The translations under genes were made by a program, and so were the position numbers. From an uncultured Bacteroidales bacterium (GTDB lineage Bacteria > Bacteroidota > Bacteroidia > Bacteroidales > GWA2-32-17), in the NCBI GenBank assembly GCA_964431135.1, contig CAYSIN010000005.1, forward strand, positions 245 through 64,244: a stretch of DNA of 64,000 nt, written 5' to 3'. Position 1 is the first letter of the stretch. Each line of letters opens with the position of its first letter. Below, piece by piece: positions 54,954 to 64,000 of the stretch. The notes beneath the pieces are model-generated. The model was given only the letters and a program-made list of their open reading frames with translations. It ran no database searches and was not told the DNA's origin.

Positions 54954-55748
54954 ATGAAACATATTAAAAGCGTAACGGTTATTTTAATGGCAATTGCAAC
55001 GTTAGCTGTTTTTGACGGTTGTAAACGTGGCGACGATGACCCGTTTTTTTCTTTTAGAAGCAGAAAAGACCGTGTAACCGGTGATTGGAAAATAGATTAT
55101 TTTGAAAGTAAATTGTTGAAAAATTTTTCAAACGGTTATAAGGCAAATGTCCATTTTACTATAAATGGAGATAATTGTAATCAAGTTGTAGATTCTATAG
55201 ATACACCTCACGATACTACAATTACAACGAATGGTACAATAAAAGAATCGGAATATAGTTTTGATAAGAACAGCAAGATGACTTACTTATTGAAATATGA
55301 ATATGTCATCGACAAGTCATCCATTGACGAAAACACAAATGTAACTACTTATGAAAAAACTGTTATAACAACAACCATAAGAGCAACTGGAAGTTGGAAT
55401 TTTTTAAGTAAAGTAGAAATTAATGGTGTAAACAAATATAAGAATAAAGAAAGGATATCCTTTATATATGAATCGTATAATACCGAGACAATAACTGTTT
55501 ATACTATTCGTCAGGTTAATGAAGATGGTGCTACTATATATAGCGATTATCAATCAAGCAGAAGTAGTGTAGAAAATAAATATGCCAACGGCGAAAATGC
55601 TCAAATATGGTTAATTAATGAACTGCGGAACAAAAAAATTGTTCTGGAACGTATGGTTGATAATCTTAATATTACGGATAATAATGGTACCGGTTATTCT
55701 TATAGTGAAAAGGGACCTGAAAATATGCGATTAGTTCCTCGTCAATGA
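54954..55748 (+). CDS. Hypothetical beta-rich lipoprotein
   Basis: Lipobox FDGC; KRGDDDPFFSFRSRK.RVTG.W lipocalin-like start. Confidence 0.7.
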   Translation: MKHIKSVTVILMAIATLAVFDGCKRGDDDPFFSFRSRKDRVTGDWKIDYFESKLLKNFSNGYKANVHFTINGDNCNQVVDSIDTPHDTTITTNGTIKESEYSFDKNSKMTYLLKYEYVIDKSSIDENTNVTTYEKTVITTTIRATGSWNFLSKVEINGVNKYKNKERISFIYESYNTETITVYTIRQVNEDGATIYSDYQSSRSSVENKYANGENAQIWLINELRNKKIVLERMVDNLNITDNNGTGYSYSEKGPENMRLVPRQ

Positions 55749-55803
55749 CAGTAACTTACATATTTTCCATTTATTACATTCACATTGTTTAATTGTATTC
55801 TGA

Positions 55804-58116
55804 GTGCTTCATAAAAGAAGTATAGGATTTTTTTTTATCTGTTGCCTGCTACTGACAGCATGCAAAACTACCCGTTTTGTCCCCGATAATGAATTTCTAC
55901 TTAAAAAAAATAAAGTTGTTTGTGAAAACAAGCAGATTGATATGGCTGCAGTTAATGCTTACATTCATCCTAAAACAAACAGAAAAATTTTTGGTTTCAT
56001 ACCGTTTCACCTGTATGTTTATAATTATTCGAATATGGGAAAGGAGCGTAAATGGAAAAAGAAATTTGGCAGTACAGTGGGCGAAGCACCTGTATTGTTC
56101 AATCAACAAGATGTTGATAGATCTATTTCCCAACTAAAACTTTATTTAAAGTCAAAGGGGTATTATCAATCTCAGGTTACCGATTCTATCGCATTCTATA
56201 AAAAAAAGGCAATAGTTACTTACTATATAAATACTAAAAAGCCTTATCGTATAGATACGGTGATTTATATATCTAAGGATGTATCGCTTTTATCAAATAT
56301 AGGCATAAAAAATTCTCTTTTAGTCAAAGGTGAATTGCTGGATGAAGATGTATTGCAAAATGAACGTATTCGCATTAGCGAAAAATTAAAAACACAAGGT
56401 TATTATTATTTCACCAAAGATTTTATACAGTATGAAATAGATACAACGTTGGGAAATTATAAAACAGCCATTACCTGTCGCTTGCTAAATAACTTCAAAA
56501 CAGTTGAAACAAGTACCATAGAAGAATTCCACAAAAAGTATAATATTGATTCTGTATTTATTTTTTATAATTTTAATCCGAAGTTGGCTTTACAAAACAA
56601 ACATGAATATTTTAAAACATTTGATACGATACCTTATAAAAATATTTTTTTAATAGGTGATATAAAATCACCTTATTCTTATTCATTATTATATCGTTCG
56701 TGTTTTGTTTTGCCCGGCAATTTATACGATGTTAGAGATGCACAGGCAACCTATAATAAATATGTATCGCTGAACAATTTTCGTTTAGTAAATGTGCAAT
56801 ATGTTGACACTAAAGAATCTCAAAAACTTAACGGTTTAATTCAATTAACGCCACTATCACGTCAATCGTATCAGGTTGAAGTGGAAGGCACCAATTCATC
56901 GGGCAATTTGGGTATAGCAGGAAATCTGATATATCAAAACGTTAATCTTTTTGGTGGTGCACAGATTTTCAATACCACACTGCATGGCTCCATTGAACGA
57001 CAAACGGCTATTGTGCAGGAAAACGACCAGCAAATTCAGACATATTTACCTTTTAACACCTTTGAATCGGGTATAGAAACAAAAATGAAAATTCCTTCCC
57101 TTATTTTTCCTTTTATATCAGAAAAATTTATCAAAAAAAATAATCCTTCTACCAATATTTCGGCATCGTTCAATTATCAACAGCGCCCCGATTATACACG
57201 TACCATAACATCTATAAATTTTGGCTATGAATGGAACGGCAACAAAAATCTGAAACATTTTATCAACCCTATTGAATTGAATTATGTAAAAATACCGTTT
57301 ATTTCATGGCGATTCAAAAATGTTATTCGAGGAACCTTTTTCGAAGATAGTTATTTGAGTCATACCGAAACTGTAAGTTCTTATGGATTCAAATACTATT
57401 ACCCTAAAGCAGGGAAAGAAAAACAGGATGCCATTATGGTTAACGGGAAATTTGAAGCCTGTGGGAATTTATTGTATTTGCTTAATAAGCAATGGGGAAC
57501 ATTGAGTTCCGACAGTAATTACCAACTTTTAGGAGTCCCCTTTTCTCAATTTTTAAGAGCAGAAATTGATTTTCGATATTACAAGTATTTTACTAAAAGT
57601 ACAAAACTGGTTTATAGAACGTATGGAGGCATTGGTGTTCCATACGGAAATACCGATGTGTTACCATTTAACAAGCGATACTTTGAAGGCGGTGCCAGTG
57701 GTATTCGTGCATGGAGCGTTAGAAGTTTAGGACCAGGTTCATATAGAGAAACCAGCGACAATCATATTTTCAATCAAACAGCAGATATAAAATTGGAAGG
57801 GAATCTGGAATATCGTTTTAAGTTGTTTTGGGTTATTGAACCAGCCCTTTTTATTGATGCAGGGAATATCTGGGATATATATCAACGAGCATCGCAACAG
57901 CAGGGCGTTTTTAAAGTGAATAAATTTTACAAAGACATTGCTATTGGTTATGGATTGGGATTACGACTTAATTTTGACTTTTTTGTTGTTAGAGCCGATT
58001 TTGCTGTAAAGGGACGAGACCCATCTGAGAATAATAATAATCAATGGTTATTTGTTCAACGTAAATTTCAACGCGATGATTATACTATTAGTATTGGTAT
58101 TGGTTATCCTTTTTAA
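55804..58116 (+). CDS. tamL: BamA/TamA-family (TamL-like) outer-membrane assembly protein
   Basis: Lipobox LTAC; POTRA-like GYY segments; barrel YFEGGASGIRAW, FIDAGNIW, GYGLGLR, IGYPF. Confidence 0.82.
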   Translation: MLHKRSIGFFFICCLLLTACKTTRFVPDNEFLLKKNKVVCENKQIDMAAVNAYIHPKTNRKIFGFIPFHLYVYNYSNMGKERKWKKKFGSTVGEAPVLFNQQDVDRSISQLKLYLKSKGYYQSQVTDSIAFYKKKAIVTYYINTKKPYRIDTVIYISKDVSLLSNIGIKNSLLVKGELLDEDVLQNERIRISEKLKTQGYYYFTKDFIQYEIDTTLGNYKTAITCRLLNNFKTVETSTIEEFHKKYNIDSVFIFYNFNPKLALQNKHEYFKTFDTIPYKNIFLIGDIKSPYSYSLLYRSCFVLPGNLYDVRDAQATYNKYVSLNNFRLVNVQYVDTKESQKLNGLIQLTPLSRQSYQVEVEGTNSSGNLGIAGNLIYQNVNLFGGAQIFNTTLHGSIERQTAIVQENDQQIQTYLPFNTFESGIETKMKIPSLIFPFISEKFIKKNNPSTNISASFNYQQRPDYTRTITSINFGYEWNGNKNLKHFINPIELNYVKIPFISWRFKNVIRGTFFEDSYLSHTETVSSYGFKYYYPKAGKEKQDAIMVNGKFEACGNLLYLLNKQWGTLSSDSNYQLLGVPFSQFLRAEIDFRYYKYFTKSTKLVYRTYGGIGVPYGNTDVLPFNKRYFEGGASGIRAWSVRSLGPGSYRETSDNHIFNQTADIKLEGNLEYRFKLFWVIEPALFIDAGNIWDIYQRASQQQGVFKVNKFYKDIAIGYGLGLRLNFDFFVVRADFAVKGRDPSENNNNQWLFVQRKFQRDDYTISIGIGYPF

Positions 58117-58197
58117 TCAATCCACAATTGTATATATATTTAATAGTGTTTGTCCATAATGTCTAATAGATGTGTTATTCTTATGTTGAAAACAGTT

Positions 58198-58312
58198 TAT
58201 ACCAAACCGCTAACATAAGAATGAAATGGGTTTGGTTAATGCCGACAGACTAACCGTTTTAAAACAAAAGCGAAGCGTTTTGTGTTAATGAACCTGTTAG
58301 CAAGTCGGTATA
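58198..58312 (+). mobile_element. MITE-like dispersed repeat, full copy C
   Basis: TATACCAAACCGCTAACA ... TGTTAGCAAGTCGGTATA termini shared with copy B; different central hairpin. Confidence 0.75.
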
Positions 58313-58433
58313 TGTAGATACAATTCATGAGTTGTACTACAACTTTATGGACAGGTTCTAAATAATTATTAAAAAAATTTTTTTATAAAACGATTAAAAA
58401 TATCTATTTTTGTTTAAACAAAAATTTACCATT

Positions 58434-59513
58434 ATGGCACAAAAAGTAACAGATGTAATTAAGCCCGGATTCGTATGGGGAAAGGATTTAAAAGAATTAT
58501 TCCGTATTGCAAAAGAAGAAGGATTTGCAATTCCTGCAGTCAATGTTATTGGCAACAATTCCATTAATGCCGTGTTGGAAGCAGCAAAAGTCGTAAATTC
58601 ACCCGTCATTATTCAGTTTTCAAACGGTGGCGGACAATTTTATGCAGGCAAATCGCTGCCTAACGAAAAGCAGGAAGCATCTATCATTGGAACTATTTCG
58701 GGGGCTATTCATATTCATAAGGTAGCACCACTGTATAATGTTCCAGTAGTTATTCATACCGACCATGCTGCTAAAAAATTGTTGCCATGGGTGGACGGCT
58801 TGCTTGATGAAGGTGAGAAATTTTTCAAAGAATACGGTAAACCGCTGTTCAGTTCTCACATGCTCGATTTGAGCGAAGAGCCTTTAAAAGATAATATAGA
58901 AATATGTAAAAAATACTTAACTCGCATGTCAAAAATAGGCATGTTGCTTGAGATTGAACTGGGCGTAACCGGTGGCGAGGAAGACGGTGTTGATAATAGG
59001 GGTATTGACAACGCACGTCTTTATACACAGCCCGAAGATGTTGCTTATGCCTATAATGAACTTTTGAAAATAAGCGACCAGTTTACTATTGCTGCTTCTT
59101 TCGGAAATGTTCACGGGGTATATAAACCTGGAAATGTTAAATTACAACCCATCATTTTAAAAAATTCACAAGACTATATTCAAAAGAAATACCATACCGG
59201 AACTAAACCGGTAAACTTTGTATTTCACGGTGGTTCGGGTAGTTTGCGTGAAGAAATTCGTGAAGCCGTATCGTATGGCGTAGTAAAAATGAACATCGAT
59301 ACCGATACGCAATGGGCATTTTGGGATGGCGTTCGCAAATATTATATGAATAAATCGGCATACTTGCAAGGACAAATAGGAAATCCGGAAGGTGACGACA
59401 AGCCCAATAAAAAATATTACGACCCGCGTGCTTGGCTTCGTGAAGGCGAAAAATCTGTTGTAGAACGGTTAAAAATTGCCTTTGAAGATTTGAATAATGT
59501 AAACCGAAATTAG
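58434..59513 (+). CDS. fbaA: Class II fructose-bisphosphate aldolase (start moved to MAQKV)
   Basis: HTDHAAKK, SHMLDLSEE, EIELGVTGGEEDG, FGNVHGVY, FVFHGGSG, KMNIDTD. Confidence 0.96.
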   Translation: MAQKVTDVIKPGFVWGKDLKELFRIAKEEGFAIPAVNVIGNNSINAVLEAAKVVNSPVIIQFSNGGGQFYAGKSLPNEKQEASIIGTISGAIHIHKVAPLYNVPVVIHTDHAAKKLLPWVDGLLDEGEKFFKEYGKPLFSSHMLDLSEEPLKDNIEICKKYLTRMSKIGMLLEIELGVTGGEEDGVDNRGIDNARLYTQPEDVAYAYNELLKISDQFTIAASFGNVHGVYKPGNVKLQPIILKNSQDYIQKKYHTGTKPVNFVFHGGSGSLREEIREAVSYGVVKMNIDTDTQWAFWDGVRKYYMNKSAYLQGQIGNPEGDDKPNKKYYDPRAWLREGEKSVVERLKIAFEDLNNVNRN

Positions 59514-59568
59514 TAGTTGTTTGATGAGTATGAATACTTTCTTTCCTTGAATGAATCGAACATAAAAT

Positions 59569-60447
59569 ATGAGTTTTTTTTACGAATATTTTAATTTTAC
59601 TCACAAGGAAAGAAATGGAATATTGTTTCTGATAGGCATAGTGATTGTCCTTTGGACTATTTATTTTTCAATAGATTATTTTTTTAAGCCCAAAGCAGTG
59701 CATAATACTGCGTTTGAACTTCAAGTGGACAGTTTTTATAAGGGGTTGAAGGATGTTACACCGTTGGCATCTGCCAATAAATTATTTAAAGGCACTATGG
59801 ATATTCATCAACCGGATATAAATACATTAATCTCTATGGGCGTTCCTAAAAGTACAGCCAACGCATGGTTTAACTATGTTTCCAAAGGGGGTAAATTTAA
59901 TACACTAGTAGATATAAAAAAACTATGGGGTATGAACGATTCACTATATAATCTTATTGCTTCACATTTAACTTTTGTTCCTGATACTGGGAAGCAAAAT
60001 AAATTGAATAAATATGAGAAAAAATCTCAAGCATACTGCGCCAACATAAATTCATGTGAACTCAATTCTGCCGACTCGTCTATGTTAATTTCTTTGCCCG
60101 GCATAGGAGAATCGTTTGCACGAAGTATAATAAAATACCGTCAGCGGTTGGGAGGCTTTTATCAGAAAGAACAATTGTTGGAAGTGTATGGATTTACTCA
60201 GGAATTACTGGATAAAATAAGCCCGTATATTTATATCGATACCTCCAACGTTACTAAAATAAATGTCAACAACGCCGATTACATAACAATGATACAACAT
60301 CCATATTTTACCAAAGCCATAGTAAAAGGTATTTTACAGTATCAACAAAAAAAAGTAAATTTTATATCTACCGAAGAACTATTGACCCATCAAATTATTT
60401 CTGTAGACGAGTGGAAAAAACTGCGTCGTTATATAACCATAAAATGA
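59569..60447 (+). CDS. Helix-hairpin-helix (ComEA-like) membrane protein
   Basis: N-terminal TM helix; ELNSADSSML..LPGIG...II.YR.RLGGF; ININ.A repeats. Confidence 0.8.
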   Translation: MSFFYEYFNFTHKERNGILFLIGIVIVLWTIYFSIDYFFKPKAVHNTAFELQVDSFYKGLKDVTPLASANKLFKGTMDIHQPDINTLISMGVPKSTANAWFNYVSKGGKFNTLVDIKKLWGMNDSLYNLIASHLTFVPDTGKQNKLNKYEKKSQAYCANINSCELNSADSSMLISLPGIGESFARSIIKYRQRLGGFYQKEQLLEVYGFTQELLDKISPYIYIDTSNVTKINVNNADYITMIQHPYFTKAIVKGILQYQQKKVNFISTEELLTHQIISVDEWKKLRRYITIK

Positions 60448-60464
60448 ATTGTTTCGGGACGGGA

Positions 60465-62150
60465 TTATTGACCTGGCATTATTTTCCAGTTAATTTCCAT
60501 ATCCCAGTTTGCACGTAATTTTATTTCGTTTGGATACACCTTTATTTTTTCCGGTTGTTTTTTCAAAATATAAAAACCCGAATCCCACTTATAGTTTTTA
60601 TTTTCATCAATAAAACATTTTAATAAATATTTTCCGGGTAAAAGTCGTTCCAATCTGATATTTCCAGAATGTTGTTGTGTCCATCTTTGTATAACAGCAT
60701 CGCCTTTTTCATTAAGCAATTCAAAGATATACGATTGATTACTGTCTGGTAATTCAAGTATAAGTACAAGCGAAGCATAATCCTCCGACTGCCATGTATT
60801 AAATATTATGGTATCGTTCTTTGCCATGCTATGGTTATAATTTGACTTGATATAAGGTGCACGAATAATAAGTTTATATCGATTGGAATCGTGCAAATCA
60901 GCATTGATAAAATACATCAGTGCATTGGCAGAATCTTTTTGCAAAGTATAAGGCATAAGGATAAACGTGCTGTCCTTTTTTAATTGAAGCAATGAGAGTG
61001 CCGAATCGGACAATATTACTGGCTCGTTGAAATTGAGCCATAATCGGGAATCTTTGGAAATACTGACATCCTTTTTTACAGGAATGCTATAGGAAATATT
61101 TTTGGGCAGTTCTGCCTTTTTGGAAGGGGATGTGTAAACAAGTTTCAACTCCTGAGTAACAAAATAGATTCTTAACAAACTGTCATGTTTGGGATACTTG
61201 ATGATTGCCCTGACAGTATCGTTCAAATAACTGGTTGAATCGGCAAAGAACAATGTTACCGTATCGCCTTTGGAAGAAATAACAGTTTGAAGGATACCGG
61301 CACTGCTTGAAATAAGGGTGGGTTTGGAATCTTCAAACGCAGAATTAAAAATTATTTCAGCCTTATAGGGCAGCGTGCGAGTCGTTTTCTTTACATATTG
61401 CGGATTTCGCAATTCCAAAAAAGAATAAAGCATTATACTGTCCTTATTGCTCTTTATTTCCAGATTTTTTTTATAAAACGCAATTTTTTCAGTACCGGCG
61501 TCAAACCTGTAATTATTATTCTTGTCTTGAAGGGCAATTAGTTTATATGTTCCATTTTTGATATGGGTGAAAGAAAATTTTCCGTCGTTAGCAGTACGTG
61601 TAACATAGGTAGGATTTATTTTGAAAGGTACACTGTCGGAAGTATCGGCATACAAGGCAACGAGCATTTGTTCCTCCGGTTTTTGAGTTAACGCATCCCA
61701 CACATATCCCGTTACATGGATGGAGTCGATAATATTTCCCGTTGAAAATATATAGGTATAATCGCGTAAGGGATTATTTTCGTTCAAATCTACAATGGCA
61801 TCACCAAAATAAATGGAATAAGTGGTATTGAAATGCAATGAATCTTTAAAGACAAGTGTAAAACCTTTAGTCTTTAATTTTACATCAGGTGGCTGATTAA
61901 ACGGAGGCGAGATAAGCATTTTCTGCTGTAACGATTTGAGTTGAATAAATTCATCAAACACAAATTCAATTTCGCTGGGGCGAATATTTTTACTGTTTTC
62001 GGCAGGAATGGTTTTTACAAGTTTGGGAGGAGTTTCATCTTTTGGTCCACCTCCTAAGGATGACTGACTTGCACAGGAGTATAGAAAAATGCAAAAAATA
62101 AAAAACCGTTCTATGTGTGCTACAAATTTCACAAGCACAAAGGTAATCAA
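60465..62150 (-). CDS. Lipoprotein with Big_5 Ig-like and carboxypeptidase-regulatory-like domains
   Basis: LYSCAS...GGPKD.TPP, F.FDEFI, AIVDLNENN, FSTG, D.N.N..WD.G. Confidence 0.8.
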   Translation of the reverse strand: MITFVLVKFVAHIERFFIFCIFLYSCASQSSLGGGPKDETPPKLVKTIPAENSKNIRPSEIEFVFDEFIQLKSLQQKMLISPPFNQPPDVKLKTKGFTLVFKDSLHFNTTYSIYFGDAIVDLNENNPLRDYTYIFSTGNIIDSIHVTGYVWDALTQKPEEQMLVALYADTSDSVPFKINPTYVTRTANDGKFSFTHIKNGTYKLIALQDKNNNYRFDAGTEKIAFYKKNLEIKSNKDSIMLYSFLELRNPQYVKKTTRTLPYKAEIIFNSAFEDSKPTLISSSAGILQTVISSKGDTVTLFFADSTSYLNDTVRAIIKYPKHDSLLRIYFVTQELKLVYTSPSKKAELPKNISYSIPVKKDVSISKDSRLWLNFNEPVILSDSALSLLQLKKDSTFILMPYTLQKDSANALMYFINADLHDSNRYKLIIRAPYIKSNYNHSMAKNDTIIFNTWQSEDYASLVLILELPDSNQSYIFELLNEKGDAVIQRWTQQHSGNIRLERLLPGKYLLKCFIDENKNYKWDSGFYILKKQPEKIKVYPNEIKLRANWDMEINWKIMPGQ

Positions 62151-62208
62151 TAAAAACGGTTCAACATGTTTTTTACACCAGAAGAGGGAACAGACCTAAA
62201 TACATTTG

Positions 62209-62469
62209 TTATTGCAATACCACCTTCTTTGTTATTATTTGTTTATCGGTTACAATTTTTAGTACATATATCCCCCGTGGTAAATCAACTACATTAATTT
62301 CTGCCTGCGTGTTTGTAATTTTTCCTTCCCGTTGTAAAGAGCCTTGAATATCATAGAGTTGAAAGGTAAAAGGTAAAAGTTGAAAGTTGTATGTATTCAA
62401 TGTAAGTTTATTTGTAGCAGGGTTTGGATAAATCTCAATATTATTATCTTTTTTATTTATAGCGGATGT
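62209..62469 (-). pseudogene. Orphan T9SS type A C-terminal domain (remnant of a truncated cargo gene)
   Basis: IEIYPNPA...LPRGIYVLKI...KKVVLQ; the upstream in-frame sequence is IS leader with no cargo domain or signal peptide. Confidence 0.7.
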
Positions 62470-62472
62470 TAA

Positions 62473-64000
62473 ACTCAAAAAATGAGGTTTTACGGGGAAT
62501 ACAGAGAGAAATAATAGAAAATGTAGCAAATAGTTATTAACATTATATTGTTAATAACTATTTTATTAAATAATATTTTATAGCAAATATATTATTATAT
62601 TTGCACCATGTATATACAATATTGCACACATAAACAAAATGGGAAATCTTATACTTATCCCTTATTATGTCGGAAATACAGGGAAGCCGGCAAAATCAAA
62701 ACGGAAGTCATTGCAAATTTGTCAAAGTTTCCACAAGAAACGGTATTGGCTATAGCAGCATCGTTAAAAAAAGACAAAGATGTTTTGGTATCTCTGAAAG
62801 ATATAGTAGTAAAAAAGAGTATAGATTACGGGTTTGTATTTGTTCTTTTGTCAATAATGCAACGGCTTCGTATAACAGAGGTTTTAGAAAAGACATTTGG
62901 CGAACGATCCCATTTAGTAGAGTTAATGATTATAGGCAAAATCGTAACGCGAGGCAGTAAACTCTGTATATATAATTGGATTAAACGTAATGAAATAATA
63001 GCAAAAAAGTTAGGCATAGATTTAAGCACATTAAAGGTGGAAACACTCTATGATGTATTGGGCGATTTGTCAAACCTTCAAAGCAAGATAGAGCATAAAT
63101 GGAACATATATCATAAACCTGAAGATGAAGTGTATTTATACGATATTACGAGCAGTTATTTTGAAGGGACAGAAAATGCATTATCTACTTTCGGATATAA
63201 TAGAGATGGTAAAAAGGGGAAAATGCAAATAGTAGTGGGTCTGATAACTGACAAAGAAGGCTTCCCATTGAGTATAGAAGTGTTTGAAGGAAATGAAAAT
63301 GATCATAAAACAGTTATATCGCAGTTGCAAAAAATCAAAAATGCTTACGGAGTAAGCAATATAATATTTGTAGGCGACAGAGGGATGCGTATTCGATACA
63401 ATTTAGAACAAATGAATGCGGAAGACAGACAAGGGATAGAATATATTACAGCATTAAGTATAGAAGAAATACGTTGCCTGATAAATGAAGACACCTTTCA
63501 ACTGAGTTTATTTTCAAAAGAGTTAGCAGAGATAGAAGATGATGGTATTCGATACATATTATGCAACAATCCTGAATTAGAACAAGAACATTCGCAAACA
63601 AGGGCATCCTTAAAAGCAAAATTTGAAGACGCACTGTATGAAATAAAGTTATCATACAACACTCGTCAACACAAGAACAATCTCAATAAAATCAGACTTG
63701 CAAAAGAAGATAAAAACAAAAAATTAGTTACTCAATTTTCAGAAAAACAAATAGATGGCTATAAATACAGAGTACGAAAAGCCTTAGAAAAATACCATAT
63801 GCAATCATTCTATCAGGTTGTCATTACGCAAGAAAAGTTCAGCGTGGAATTTGATTTTGAGAAATATACACATGCCAAACAATTAGATGGCAAGTATGTA
63901 ATAGTAACCAGTGTTCCAAAAGAAAAAATGACCAAAGAATCTATAAGGGCAGAGTATAAGGACCTTAAATATGTAGAACATGCTTTTCGTGATATGAAAA
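62473..64000 (+). mobile_element. IS1634-family insertion sequence (left end approximate; runs off the window)
   Basis: Transposase ORF preceded by an AT-rich leader; CTD similarity stops at about 62470-62476. Confidence 0.75.
62608..64000 (+). CDS. IS1634-family DDE transposase, 3'-partial (absent from ORF track)
   Basis: 464 stop-free codons from ATG 62608: YREAGKIK..IANLS, LYDITSSYFEG, GYNRDGK, FVGDRGM, LDGKYVIVT, EHAFRDMK. Confidence 0.92.
   Translation, partial: MYIQYCTHKQNGKSYTYPLLCRKYREAGKIKTEVIANLSKFPQETVLAIAASLKKDKDVLVSLKDIVVKKSIDYGFVFVLLSIMQRLRITEVLEKTFGERSHLVELMIIGKIVTRGSKLCIYNWIKRNEIIAKKLGIDLSTLKVETLYDVLGDLSNLQSKIEHKWNIYHKPEDEVYLYDITSSYFEGTENALSTFGYNRDGKKGKMQIVVGLITDKEGFPLSIEVFEGNENDHKTVISQLQKIKNAYGVSNIIFVGDRGMRIRYNLEQMNAEDRQGIEYITALSIEEIRCLINEDTFQLSLFSKELAEIEDDGIRYILCNNPELEQEHSQTRASLKAKFEDALYEIKLSYNTRQHKNNLNKIRLAKEDKNKKLVTQFSEKQIDGYKYRVRKALEKYHMQSFYQVVITQEKFSVEFDFEKYTHAKQLDGKYVIVTSVPKEKMTKESIRAEYKDLKYVEHAFRDMK

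Noticed and set aside
1543-60447. The many 60-140-aa ORFs overlapping larger genes
   Set aside because: They lie antisense or out of frame to well-supported genes and show no family motifs.
62667-62960. Short ORFs of 97, 67 and 69 aa at 62667, 62826 and 63446
   Set aside because: Alternative-frame or antisense shadows of the IS1634 transposase.

Overview
A 64-kb AT-rich chromosomal window from a Bacteroidota (probably anaerobic Bacteroidales-like) bacterium, based on TTTG-N19/20-TAnnTTTG promoters, a porP-gldKLMN type IX secretion/gliding operon and T9SS-sorted cargo. The left edge is a defence-island fragment: hsdM, a Fic gene with operator-like repeats, a 37-codon hsdS-like stub, and the start of a probable ATP-dependent nuclease. 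The right edge is an IS1634 transposase next to a decapitated T9SS cargo gene. Housekeeping genes include prs, rpe, rsmI, topA, PBP1A, prfB (+1 frameshift), ubiX, two thioredoxins, tamL, fbaA and tRNA-Ser(CGA). Two candidate undescribed systems stand out. (1) A Crp/Fnr-controlled dsrE2-tusA-mvhD-hdrL(qmoA-like with an NADPH module)-hdrA(qmoB-like)-qmoC-ferritin cluster with no HdrB, AprAB or hydrogenase in the window. (2) An unannotated 43-aa lasso/paeninodin-like precursor ORF with its own consensus promoter, heading a SprB-like adhesin/sprF operon, downstream of a TMTC-like GT-C/TPR glycosyltransferase and an octamer minisatellite. Also seen: a dispersed MITE-like repeat family, an att-like scar behind the tRNA, a ribosomal THX protein with a 140-aa histone-like tail, and a 66-bp duplication in gldL. 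All family assignments are from motif recognition by eye; no database searches were run.
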